Position numbers and translations under genes: made by a program
Notes under the pieces: model-generated
Told to the model about the DNA's origin: nothing
Database searches by the model: none
What the model saw: only the letters and a program-made list of their open reading frames with translations
Shown: one piece after another, positions 1 to 8,885 of the stretch
Layout of the letters: each line of letters starts with the position of its first letter
Position numbering within the stretch: position 1 is the first letter of the stretch
Source of the DNA: a virus
Reading direction: 5' to 3' (one strand)
IMG/VR virus record: IMGVR_UViG_3300045988_094451
Coordinates: 1 to 36,511 of that record
DNA length: 36,511 nt

Positions 1-55
1 CCGGTCTGGATATTTGCGATGGTTTCCGGCATCTGCGCGAGCGTCAGCTTGTCCG
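1..55. repeat. Terminal direct repeat copy 1 (identical to 36457..36511)
   Basis: Base-by-base comparison of the window ends. Positions 30-32 duplicate the start codon of the CDS that begins at 36488. Confidence 0.95.
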
Positions 56-128
56 TGCCGCCGTTTTTTGCGCGGATAGCGTCCGCGATCGCCGTCAGGC
101 TTGCGCCCTGTACCAGATATTCAGCCAC

Positions 129-1532
129 TTAGAACGTACCTCCTTCCGCAGAGGGAACATTGGATGCGACCCACTTTCCGCTTTCAACCCTCAAAAACGC
201 CCCATCATCAGCTGTTTCCGGGTCCGGCAGCGCAGATTGGTCGAATGTACAGACAGATTTTATACGGGAATTGCTATTGCTCAGTTCCACAGAAAAAAAG
301 ATATTGACGCCCGACGAAACGAAAAACATCTTTCCGCTGAGCTGGTACGCCTCCATGCTTTCGACTGCGGCACCAACAAAATATGCCTGTCCAGGAAAGC
401 GCTGTATATACTGGACCCCGAATTTGAGCAGTGCCCCACCGTTTTTGGCGGCAGCCACAAACTGAGCCACGATCGCTGCGGGCACATCGAATAAGAGGGA
501 TGTCCCAGGTTGCGTTAGGTCTACATCTACGCCCTCGGAGTACAGGTCGATAACAACAGGTGATTTTTCCGCCACCCACTTTTTCTGTTCACTGTTCCAC
601 CGCAGAAACGCCCCATCCGGCGTCTCGTCTGGCTTATTTACCGGATCGTAAAGGGGTTTGCTGCTCACAGATTCGATGCGCTTTACAACTGTGCAATCGT
701 TTTCGTAGAGGGCCGCGCCGATCATAATGTCCATTGGGAGCAAACCAGCCCAGACATACGTTCCGGTCAGGGAGTATGTGGGCGTCCCGTCTTTAAGAGT
801 GCCTTTCGTGCCAAACATCGGGAGCGTCACAATCTCCGGGTTTTGCTCCCCGATTTTAAGCGTAACCGTCACATTCGCGCGGCCCGCAAGGACCGCCTGC
901 TTGATTTTCTCGCCTATGCTTTTTTCGTTGCCGATACTGGCACTGCTTGCGAACAGATTCTCCGAGCTCAAAGTAACTTTGTCCGAAAGGTCGATCTCTA
1001 CCGTATGCTGACCGCCGCCTCCACCGGGCTCGCCCTTGTCGCCCTTCTTGGCGATGAGCAGCCAGTATTCCGCACTCGGCGGAGCGATACCGGTGCATGG
1101 CTTGATGCAAAGATAGCTGCTGCCGCCGTAAGCGGTCTTATTGCCGACGACATAGGCTTTGGAAGCGTCGTAGTTCTCCCACACGTTGCGCGCGTTCTCC
1201 GCGCTGATGCGCGCCGCCTCGTTCGCCTGCCGCGTCTCCTCATTGCTTTGCCGCGTCTGCTCTGCTGCGACACGCGCCGCCTCCGCCTGCTTGCGGCTTT
1301 CCTCCGTGGCGTTATTCGTCAGAACCGCCGGGATCAGGGTCTCGTTGATGTACTTCTTGATAATGTTGCCGGATTCGTCAAATTTGGCTTTCAGCTCCGC
1401 ACTGGTCAGACCGCCCACGTCGTTCGGCTCATCGTCCAACTTCTGAATGATGTTCAGATCGCCGTCCAGCAGTTGAATTTCCAGATCGGAGTTGGCTACC
1501 ACGTTCAGATCCGCTGTCAATCGTTTTTCCAT
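129..1532 (-). CDS. Tail fibre protein (467 aa)
   Basis: The ATG directly follows the portal stop (TAAATG). It has an Ala/Glu/Gln/Arg coiled coil (EESRKQAEAARVAAEQTRQSNEETRQANEAARISAENARN) and a collagen-like hinge GDKGEPGGGGG. Two tandem modules of about 140 aa follow, each ending DGAFLR..S..KWVA. Function is inferred from architecture and position. Confidence 0.7.
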   Translation of the reverse strand: MEKRLTADLNVVANSDLEIQLLDGDLNIIQKLDDEPNDVGGLTSAELKAKFDESGNIIKKYINETLIPAVLTNNATEESRKQAEAARVAAEQTRQSNEETRQANEAARISAENARNVWENYDASKAYVVGNKTAYGGSSYLCIKPCTGIAPPSAEYWLLIAKKGDKGEPGGGGGQHTVEIDLSDKVTLSSENLFASSASIGNEKSIGEKIKQAVLAGRANVTVTLKIGEQNPEIVTLPMFGTKGTLKDGTPTYSLTGTYVWAGLLPMDIMIGAALYENDCTVVKRIESVSSKPLYDPVNKPDETPDGAFLRWNSEQKKWVAEKSPVVIDLYSEGVDVDLTQPGTSLLFDVPAAIVAQFVAAAKNGGALLKFGVQYIQRFPGQAYFVGAAVESMEAYQLSGKMFFVSSGVNIFFSVELSNSNSRIKSVCTFDQSALPDPETADDGAFLRVESGKWVASNVPSAEGGTF

Positions 1533-3206
1533 TTAAGCACCTACCTCCGTTTTCGGCACTTCGCCGGTCTCGTTGATCTTCCGCTGCAACTGTCCGTATC
1601 CGGCTCCGCCCCGAATGGGGACGGCTTCTTCCTGAGTGATCGGCTGTTCGCCCTCTGCTCCCGGCTGACCGCCCATCATGGCACGTTCCTGCTGCTGGAG
1701 GGCTTGGATCAGCGCCTCCTTGTCGGTAATCTGTCCGGCGGGCAGCCGTTTCAGATACTCCACCGTGGAGATCTTGCCCTGCATCAGCAGATTGTCCAAA
1801 GTCTGCATAGCGGCGATCTCACTCCAATAGGAAGCCGCGCCCGCGTCCAGTCCGATGGTGAAGGGGATCTCTTTCAGGATGGAGAAGTCAAAGGGAACCA
1901 CCAATTTGCTGTTGTCATAGGGGTTGGAGATCTCCACATACCGCTCTCCGTAGTATTCGCCCATGAACTCCATGTAGATACGGCCCAGATCCTCAATGCT
2001 CTGCAAAAGGTTCTGCTTCGTCAGCTCCATGGGCGTTGCCGCCGCCCGCTGCAAGGCGATAATGGCGGAGGTGTTGTCCGGTCGGGTATCGCCCAGCGCC
2101 ACGTCCGATGCGCCGAGGAACTTCTGCGTGTAGCTGATGGCAATGTCGATGAACTGGCTGATCTGGGGGGAGATGCTGGCGGGGTCAATGATCTTCGCCA
2201 CGCCCTCCACGCTGCCGTTTACCGGAATGGCCCCGCCGATCTTATTTGTCCACTTGGCTACCTTGGTGGAATCGTATACCACCTTCGGATAGGCCAGCGT
2301 CATGAGGGAGATCATGGACATGGCAAACAGCTTATTGACAAAGATCTGGTTGGGCAGCAGGCCGGTAATCATGGCCTGTCCGTGATAGCAGTCCTGCACA
2401 TAGTCCCAGTTCATCCACGTCAGGGGATACAGCTTGATGCCGAGGTCCAGATCGCCCCGGATTTCCGCCTGCCGGGTGCACTCATAGGCGTGGACGGTGC
2501 CGGTCTCGTCATCCTTCCACAGCCGGAGCAGCACCGTCACCTTGTTCCCGCTGCCGCTCATGGAATCCATGTAGTTGTTTCCGCAGTCTTTGTTGTCCGG
2601 CTGGATCTCGTCCGGGTCCTTGCCGTACCGCTTGGCCCGCTTCCGGGCCTCACTCAGCAGCATCCGCCGCTCCAGAATGATGTAAGGCTGGCTCTGCACA
2701 TCCCGGTTGTTAGGGTTGCCGAACAAAACCTGCGTGTTCATCAGAACCTCCGTGCGGATGGCCCCCTTGCTGGACTGTCCGGTCTCCGCCGTATCATCCC
2801 AGTAGGTATACATACAGCCGTCACCGTCCACGGCGGCATTGCGGGTAAACTCCCGGATGCGCCCGCCGATGCTGTTGTGCTCGAAGATGGACGCGAACTG
2901 ATCGTTGAGAATGTCGGCCACCATCTCCAGGGTCTGCGTGTTCCGCTCCCCGCTGGAGGACATGGCCCGCGCCCATAGCTTCAGATTGTCCGTGGAGATA
3001 TTCGCCACGGAGAACAGCACCACCCGCTTCAGGAAGTTAAATACGGGGGTAGGGAGGCCGTTGCTCTGGACCCCCTCCCACTGCTTACCTATGAAGAAAT
3101 TTTCGTTGGTCTCCACGCAGTCATAGAGGTCAATACCGCTGTTGAAGCTGATACCCGCGTTATATTCCTTACCGACCCGCTCCGGGGTCATCGTCTGTTT
3201 GCTCAT
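1533..3206 (-). CDS. Portal protein, P22-like (557 aa)
   Basis: AAGGGG RBS. The N-terminus NENFFIGKQWEG...PVFNFLKRVV resembles P22 gp1 NDLFFSRVSQWDD...RPVVRKLV. Size and the Gln/Glu-rich C-terminal tail fit a portal, and it sits between the nozzle-like gene and the fibres. Confidence 0.7.
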   Translation of the reverse strand: MSKQTMTPERVGKEYNAGISFNSGIDLYDCVETNENFFIGKQWEGVQSNGLPTPVFNFLKRVVLFSVANISTDNLKLWARAMSSSGERNTQTLEMVADILNDQFASIFEHNSIGGRIREFTRNAAVDGDGCMYTYWDDTAETGQSSKGAIRTEVLMNTQVLFGNPNNRDVQSQPYIILERRMLLSEARKRAKRYGKDPDEIQPDNKDCGNNYMDSMSGSGNKVTVLLRLWKDDETGTVHAYECTRQAEIRGDLDLGIKLYPLTWMNWDYVQDCYHGQAMITGLLPNQIFVNKLFAMSMISLMTLAYPKVVYDSTKVAKWTNKIGGAIPVNGSVEGVAKIIDPASISPQISQFIDIAISYTQKFLGASDVALGDTRPDNTSAIIALQRAAATPMELTKQNLLQSIEDLGRIYMEFMGEYYGERYVEISNPYDNSKLVVPFDFSILKEIPFTIGLDAGAASYWSEIAAMQTLDNLLMQGKISTVEYLKRLPAGQITDKEALIQALQQQERAMMGGQPGAEGEQPITQEEAVPIRGGAGYGQLQRKINETGEVPKTEVGA

Positions 3207-3218
3207 GGGTTCACCCCT

Positions 3219-5066
3219 TTATTTCACATTTCCGGTATAGCGGAGCTGCACGTCCGTCTCCAGAACCGTTGCGGTAGACGATGCCGATTTGCTCTTGAAT
3301 ACCAGCTTGTAGAAGGTGGCCTTCTTCACCTTCATCTTCACCCGCCGCACCTGCGGCTTCCGATTGGTGCCGAAAGACCAGTGGGCGAAGTCCGCATGGA
3401 CAAAGGTGGCCAGACCGGAGGACACGATTTTCTCCGGGTAGTCGCTGCGGCGGTTGGTTTCCACCGTCACATGAACCCGCGCGTTACTCTCCGGCTGAAT
3501 CGCCACGAAAATAAGCGGGCTGTATTTCAGCACCCAGTCCCGGTCAAAGTCCATAGAGCCGGTGGCAGCGTAGGCGTCAATGTCCTTTCCGTCATCGTTC
3601 CGGTACTGCCGGGAAAGATGCACCACGCCGCCGTCAGGCCGGAAACCGTAGGTCTCAAGCCCCACCTCCACCATGGCCCGGAAGCTCAATCCGGTGTAGA
3701 GATACCATGCGTCCGCGCCGTAGTTCAGGATCAGCGCCTTGTCTCCGTACATCCACCAGTATTCCTGCGCCGATTTCCGGTTGAAGGTCCGGGTCTCTGC
3801 CATATCAAAACCTTGCAGCGTCACATCTACCCGGTTGCTGATCCGTTCCGCGTTCCGCTCGTCAAAGGTGATATTTCCGCTGGTGGATACGCTCCGCCAC
3901 CGGTACACCGCCTGATCGTCCAGCGTCAGGGGGTTATTCTCCAGAATGTCCACCTGCCCCGGTGCCTTATTGCCGAACTGCCGGTTGACAGGGGTCACAT
4001 AGAACGCCGCCGTGGTGACGTCCGTAGCCGTTACCAGCGTGGAATAGCTCATAGAGTAGGTGGCGTCCTGCTTGAATACCACCAGCCGTGCGTAATGGCG
4101 CACCATGCCGGTGATAGGCGTGTTGGCCTCGCCAACCTCCGCCTCGTACAGATCCGGGAAGTATTCCGCCGAAGGCTTTCCGCTGGCGGAATCAATGCCG
4201 GAGTAAATGGTCTTGTTGGTGCCGTCTCCGTAGAGGAACACGCGGCTGTCCGTCTGGCCGTTGTAAAGCTCGGAGAAGCGCATCCCCGTTACCTGCGCCC
4301 GCTCTCCGTTGCCGCTGCGGTAGATCAGCTCCAGTGTGTTGGTTCCGGCAGCGGGGGCAGGGGTAATGGTAAAGGTCCGTGCCGTCAGGTCAGAGGTGTA
4401 GGTCTGCGCGGTGTCCCCGATCTTCACGGAAATGATCTCATCCACCGTCTTTTCCGGGATGTGGAAAACCGTCTCCTTGCCGTCCGGGGAATACAGCACC
4501 TTTCGCTTGCCTGTCAGCCGGTTTACGTTTTCCAGCAGAAACCCGCCGCCCGCAGGCGTGGTGGCGTTCATCACCGTGGGAATATAACCCTCCACCGCTG
4601 CAAAGCTGCTGTTGTCCTTGCCGTCCCAGCTCATGTATTCATGGCCGTTCAGCAGGTAAACCTTGTTGGAAAAGCCGAAAAACGAGGTCTGGTCCTGCGT
4701 GCACTGGCCCACAACCTTAGTTGTTGCCGCCGCCGGGTCCAGAGAGAAGATCAGCCCGCCGAAGGCGGCAAGGGTCCGCTGTTTGCTGTCTACCACGCCC
4801 TCCCACGCGCCGGAGAAAACCGGATTCGCTGTGGGGGCCGTGTGGCCGTTCTCCGCGCACCATGCGTCCCATGCCGTTTTCAGGTTCAAAACCGTCTTAG
4901 TGCCGGGGCGAAGCTGCAAGTGCTTCTCCCGCGTCACACGGAAGTTCCGCATCTTGCTCATTTCGCCGTTCTTGATCTTGGTATCCCCGTCCGGGTTCTC
5001 GTTCAGGCCCAGAAACTGGCGGATCTTCAACACCTGAATATCGTTGCTGGATGTGATTTGAGCCAT
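3219..5066 (-). CDS. Tail nozzle / tail tubular protein B-like (615 aa)
   Basis: AAGGAGG RBS. The N-terminal pattern RQFLGLNENPD..NGEMSKMRNF..KHLQLRPG..VLNL parallels T7 gp12 KNLKGGISQQPD..QGSRQVNGW..EGLQKRPP..FLNT. It is beta-rich and lies next to the portal. Motif-level inference only. Confidence 0.5.
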   Translation of the reverse strand: MAQITSSNDIQVLKIRQFLGLNENPDGDTKIKNGEMSKMRNFRVTREKHLQLRPGTKTVLNLKTAWDAWCAENGHTAPTANPVFSGAWEGVVDSKQRTLAAFGGLIFSLDPAAATTKVVGQCTQDQTSFFGFSNKVYLLNGHEYMSWDGKDNSSFAAVEGYIPTVMNATTPAGGGFLLENVNRLTGKRKVLYSPDGKETVFHIPEKTVDEIISVKIGDTAQTYTSDLTARTFTITPAPAAGTNTLELIYRSGNGERAQVTGMRFSELYNGQTDSRVFLYGDGTNKTIYSGIDSASGKPSAEYFPDLYEAEVGEANTPITGMVRHYARLVVFKQDATYSMSYSTLVTATDVTTAAFYVTPVNRQFGNKAPGQVDILENNPLTLDDQAVYRWRSVSTSGNITFDERNAERISNRVDVTLQGFDMAETRTFNRKSAQEYWWMYGDKALILNYGADAWYLYTGLSFRAMVEVGLETYGFRPDGGVVHLSRQYRNDDGKDIDAYAATGSMDFDRDWVLKYSPLIFVAIQPESNARVHVTVETNRRSDYPEKIVSSGLATFVHADFAHWSFGTNRKPQVRRVKMKVKKATFYKLVFKSKSASSTATVLETDVQLRYTGNVK

Positions 5067-5080
5067 CGCCCGGGCCTCCT

Positions 5081-6466
5081 TTATCCGTAGGATAGATAAC
5101 CGGCGGTCATTTCCCCGCCCGTCATCACGTCATCGTAGTCCTCGCCCTCGTCGAAATCGTCCACGATCTTCTCCACGGTTTTCTGGGCACCCAACACGCG
5201 GGTGACACAGAAATACCGGGCAGCGTCGCAGATATGGGTGATCTCATGGGGCTCCGTGGCGCAGTCCGAGGGGTTTTTCTCGTCATGCTGGATGGAGGGC
5301 AGGTTACGGATCAGGCCCACGCAGTTTTCCGTCACCAGCAGTCCGGGCCGGTCCGTGTCGCTCTTCATGGGCTTCAGCAACTCCTTGACGGCCATCCAGC
5401 CCTGCACACGGTTGTTGCTGGCCTTCAGCAGCCCTAACCCGTACTGCGCGAAGATCTCCGCCATGCTCCGCCCGCTGTCCTTCTGCCGGTTCCACATATC
5501 CGGCGGGGCAATGGTGAACTCAATGTGCTCCTCCGGCGGGGTCAGGGCATTTGCCAGCTTTGCCGCCTCGCTGACGATCAAGCCGCTTTGCTGTACCTCC
5601 CGGTACACATAAGCCCGCCCCTCAAAGTCCACCGCCACCCAAAGGCAGGCGAACATATCAAGGCCGTAGTCGAACGCCCGGTATTTCTTCCACTCACGAG
5701 GCACCCGTACAAAAGGCGCGATTACATGGGTTTCTTTGCGGAACTCCGGGAAAAACGTGCCTGCCATGGCGTTCCAGTCACCGTAACGCCACGCCCGACG
5801 TACATCCTCCGGGAGCAGATCCAGCATTTGCTTGTACTCCGGGGATGCCTCCAAAAGCTGGGGGTTATCATCCACCGTGGCGGGGATAAAGGTGTAATCC
5901 TTGGCCTTTTCCCCCTCCCGGTATTCCCGATCCACGAACAGCCGCTTTACCCACAGGTGGCCGATACCTCCGGGGTTGCAGGTCAGGTACATCCGCCGGG
6001 GGAACTTGGTCGCGCCACGCAAACACGCGCCCAGCGTGCGGAATTGGGATTCCGAAAACTGAGTGGCCTCCTCCATGAAGATCCAGTCAAACTCAAGGCC
6101 CTGATACTCTTGATCGTCTCCCGCTCCGTAGTGTCCGAACTTGATGATGCTGCCGTTGCAGAAGAACATCATGCGCATACTGCCGTTGTAGCTGCCCACC
6201 TCCGGCGGGATCAGCTTTTGCATGGGCAGGATGATGTTCTGCTCCAATTCCGGGTACTCCCGGCGCACGATCAGGATCTTGATGCCGGGGTAAGTGAGCG
6301 CGCCGCCTGCCGCCTTCCGCAGCAGAACGTGCGTCTTGCCGCCGCCCCTGGCTCCGCCGTAAGCCGTGTACCGGCTCCGGGACTGGCAGAACTGCTTCTG
6401 CTTGGGGTTCAGCGTCCCCAAATCTACCTGCACCGTTCCGCCTGCTGTCTGTTTATATCGAGGCAT
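5081..6466 (-). CDS. terL: Terminase large subunit (461 aa)
   Basis: Walker A GGARGGGKTH, a Walker B-like DWIFMEEATQF and a C-terminal nuclease-type region. AAGGAG RBS. Confidence 0.9.
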   Translation of the reverse strand: MPRYKQTAGGTVQVDLGTLNPKQKQFCQSRSRYTAYGGARGGGKTHVLLRKAAGGALTYPGIKILIVRREYPELEQNIILPMQKLIPPEVGSYNGSMRMMFFCNGSIIKFGHYGAGDDQEYQGLEFDWIFMEEATQFSESQFRTLGACLRGATKFPRRMYLTCNPGGIGHLWVKRLFVDREYREGEKAKDYTFIPATVDDNPQLLEASPEYKQMLDLLPEDVRRAWRYGDWNAMAGTFFPEFRKETHVIAPFVRVPREWKKYRAFDYGLDMFACLWVAVDFEGRAYVYREVQQSGLIVSEAAKLANALTPPEEHIEFTIAPPDMWNRQKDSGRSMAEIFAQYGLGLLKASNNRVQGWMAVKELLKPMKSDTDRPGLLVTENCVGLIRNLPSIQHDEKNPSDCATEPHEITHICDAARYFCVTRVLGAQKTVEKIVDDFDEGEDYDDVMTGGEMTAGYLSYG

Positions 6467-6486
6467 AATCGCTCCTTATATCTGGT

Positions 6487-6550
6487 GGACGGGCCGGGTT
6501 CATGCGCCCGCTCCGTCCATATATGGGGGAAGGGGCCGAAGCCCCCTCCC
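6487..6550 (-). other. Two GC-rich stem-loops directly downstream of the capsid gene (no U-tract)
   Basis: GGACGG/CCGTCC with inner CGGG/CCCG at 6487-6518. A 10-bp stem with one mismatch at 6527-6550 has a UUCG loop on the minus strand. This looks like a transcript-stabiliser or attenuator rather than a full terminator. Confidence 0.5.
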
Positions 6551-6556
6551 ATGAGA

Positions 6557-7609
6557 TCACTCGTAATCCTTGGTGCCCTCGATGCCCACGCAGCCGTCCT
6601 TGGTTCCCACAGCCCGCATGGTCTGACCGGCGGTCAGGGTCACAGCGGCGGTGTAGATCTGGGCGGTGTTGGAGTACCGGGGGTTGGTGCCGTCGGTGGT
6701 GTACTTGAACACCACGCCGGACACGGCGGTGATGCTGACGGCGTGAGACGCGATAGACATCACGGGTGCCGCCAGAATAGCGGCATTGCCGCAGACAGCC
6801 ACGCCGTCGCCCTTGGCCCCCAGCACGAAGCTGTCATAGTAGGTCACGCCCTGCACCACAGGGCCGGAATAGCCCTTCACCTTGGGCAGAATGTCATACT
6901 GTGCCAGCTTCACAGGATCCACGGTGCTGCCCTTCCACTTGATGAAGAAGTACACGCCGGCGGGCATATAGCGGTCGGGGATGTTCTTCACCCGGCAGCC
7001 GTCGTACTGGCCCACCACACCGCGGGTCAGGGTCTCCTTGGCAAGGCTCTCGGTGCCCAGCCAGGCGGGATCCTGCTTCAGCAGCTTGTAATAGCTGGTG
7101 GCGATGTACAGGGTGCGGTTCTCCATGGGCACCAGGGCGTTGGTCATATCGGCGTTCAGGTCGATAATCAGGCCGCCGATGGTGCTCTTGGTGGGGGCGG
7201 TCGTCTCCTGACGCTGGATATTAGCGCCCATCACCCACTTCTTGATGCGGTGGCGGTCCATGTTGGGGGTGGTCCGCTGCTCCAGCTGACGCCGCAGGGC
7301 GCGGGAAGCGGACTTCTCGATGGCCTGATCCGTCTGATCCACCGCGTCGATGGTGAAGGAGAAGGCGGGCTTCTGCTCGCAGGTCATCTCCTGCTGAGTG
7401 TCGCCCAGGTCATAGGTGGTGCCGAATCGGTTGTCGCCGGTGTTGGTGTACTCGGTCTCCGGCACGGTGTCCACGCTGCCAACGACAATAGTCTTGCTGT
7501 TGGGTCCGGTCCAGGTGTATGCCTTACCGGCATCGTCGTCGGTGATAGAAGGCTTAGAGAAAGCCTCCGCGATCTTGGTTGCGTATTTAACGGCGTAATT
7601 GATAGCCAT
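6557..7609 (-). CDS. Major capsid protein with C-terminal Ig-like (chitobiase/hexosaminidase-C-like) domain (350 aa)
   Basis: It follows the scaffold gene. The N-terminus MAINYAVKYATKIAEAFSK and its size fit a capsid protein of the N4-gp56-type family (from memory). The C-terminus FKYTTDGTNPRYSNTAQIYTAAVTLTAGQTMRAVGTKDG matches the YTTDGS.P...S..Y.....ikA Ig-like motif. Confidence 0.8.
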   Translation of the reverse strand: MAINYAVKYATKIAEAFSKPSITDDDAGKAYTWTGPNSKTIVVGSVDTVPETEYTNTGDNRFGTTYDLGDTQQEMTCEQKPAFSFTIDAVDQTDQAIEKSASRALRRQLEQRTTPNMDRHRIKKWVMGANIQRQETTAPTKSTIGGLIIDLNADMTNALVPMENRTLYIATSYYKLLKQDPAWLGTESLAKETLTRGVVGQYDGCRVKNIPDRYMPAGVYFFIKWKGSTVDPVKLAQYDILPKVKGYSGPVVQGVTYYDSFVLGAKGDGVAVCGNAAILAAPVMSIASHAVSITAVSGVVFKYTTDGTNPRYSNTAQIYTAAVTLTAGQTMRAVGTKDGCVGIEGTKDYE

Positions 7610-7654
7610 GGTTCAAAACCTCTCTTTCGTCGGTCTCCCCGGCGATGCAAAGGC

Positions 7655-8560
7655 TTAGTCCCCCCAGCCCTCCAGGAACGGGTCCTTAGACTTCAGCCCA
7701 TCCCCGGCGCTTCTCATGCTGCCGGTGGAGCGCTCTGCGTTCCGCTGGTTCTGCTGTACAGAGGCGGTCTCCCGCTTGGCGTCTGCCGCGTCCTGCCGCG
7801 CCTGCTGCACGGCGTACCGGGCGTAGGCGGCTACCAGAGAAGAGCCGTTCCGCACGTCTGCCCAGACTTGGGGCGGGATGCTGTTGGGGTCCTTTGCTGC
7901 CTCGGGGAATGTCTGTTGAAATTCCTGAATGTCCGCCTGTCGGCGGCTTGCCGCCTCGGCCTCGGCCCGCTGGGCCTGCGCCATGGCGTCCTGCTGGGCC
8001 TGCCGCTCTGCTTCTGCGACGGCCACAACGGCCTCCCGGTCCTCAAGCTCCACGGAGCGCCGCGCGTCCGCTTCACTCAGGCCCTCGGCCTGCTTTGCCT
8101 GCGTCCGGAGCATGGAAATGTAGTCCTTGGTGTTCAACCCCTGCTGGTTTGCAAAGCGGTTGACCATCTCCATCACAGGCTTAAACTCGTCATACTGGCT
8201 GCGGATGCGGTCATAGTCCATGCCCTTCTGGGCCAGTGCCACCATTTCCGCTTCGTTGGCCTGCCGCACCTCGCCCATGTGCCGCAGCTCCCACGTCTGG
8301 GGCCGTGCGTCCACGGTCTCCGCCTCGGTCTGCTGCGTCTGGGCTGCCTGCTCCGCATCTGCGGGGGGCTCGGTGCCCTCATCCGGCGTCTCTGCGCTCT
8401 CACTGGGGTCCTCGGCAGGCGTTTCCTCGCCGCCGCCCATCGGCTCTGCGTCCACTTCCGGCTGGTCTGCCGCTGCTTCTGCTTCGCCATCCCAGCCATC
8501 CAGAAAGGCGTCCGTGGTCTCGGGCTCCTGTTCGGGGATCTGGTTCATGTTTTCGTCCAT
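7655..8560 (-). CDS. Scaffolding protein (301 aa from ATG 8560; the ORF extends to 8650)
   Basis: ATG 8560 has a GAGG RBS. The N-terminus is acidic and Pro/Glu-rich, followed by a long Ala/Gln/Glu/Arg helical region. It lies immediately upstream of the capsid gene. Confidence 0.55.
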   Translation of the reverse strand: MDENMNQIPEQEPETTDAFLDGWDGEAEAAADQPEVDAEPMGGGEETPAEDPSESAETPDEGTEPPADAEQAAQTQQTEAETVDARPQTWELRHMGEVRQANEAEMVALAQKGMDYDRIRSQYDEFKPVMEMVNRFANQQGLNTKDYISMLRTQAKQAEGLSEADARRSVELEDREAVVAVAEAERQAQQDAMAQAQRAEAEAASRRQADIQEFQQTFPEAAKDPNSIPPQVWADVRNGSSLVAAYARYAVQQARQDAADAKRETASVQQNQRNAERSTGSMRSAGDGLKSKDPFLEGWGD

Positions 8561-8629
8561 ATTGGCCTCTTTCCCCGGCCTGGTCTGGCCGGATCTTTGT
8601 ATTTTCAAAGCCTGGTCTGGCTTTGATGA

Positions 8630-8683
8630 CAAAATAAAAAACGAGACCACAAGAAACGGCTTTCGCCGTTCTCATGGCCTCGT
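8630..8683 (-). terminator. Rho-independent terminator inside the late block (bidirectional in appearance)
   Basis: A stem of about 19 bp (8641-8660 / 8665-8683) has a GAAA loop on the minus strand, one bulge and a few G-U pairs. It is followed on the minus strand by UUUUUUAUUUU (8630-8640). A T-run also follows on the plus strand. Confidence 0.65.
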
Positions 8684-8696
8684 TGGGCTCTCGTTT

Positions 8697-8885
8697 TTAT
8701 TCGGTTTTCAGGGGGAAGGGGACATCTGTATCCAGCTCCCGTCCCTCAAAAATGGTGGGGTAGTGGCTCACCTTGCATCTTCGGCAGTAAATCGGCGTGT
8801 TGTAGATCACGCTGCCCGGTTCAATGTGCTGAAGCGCTTTCCCGCAGATAGGGCAGCGGTAGACCCACGTCCCATCTACCACCAT
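8697..8885 (-). CDS. Cysteine-rich KTR-type zinc-ribbon protein (62 aa)
   Basis: CPICGK...(19 aa)...CRRCK spacing is typical of the small Clostridial Cys-rich KTR family. It overlaps the upstream gene by 10 nt. Confidence 0.6.
   Translation of the reverse strand: MVVDGTWVYRCPICGKALQHIEPGSVIYNTPIYCRRCKVSHYPTIFEGRELDTDVPFPLKTE

Noticed and set aside
843-2978. 711-aa plus-strand ORF, and similar long plus-strand ORFs at 3381-5090 and 5525-8626
   Set aside because: They are fully antisense to recognisable portal, nozzle, terminase, capsid and scaffold genes. Their composition is Arg/Leu/Gly/His-rich and low-complexity, typical of shadow frames in high-GC DNA. They have no RBS and no family motifs.
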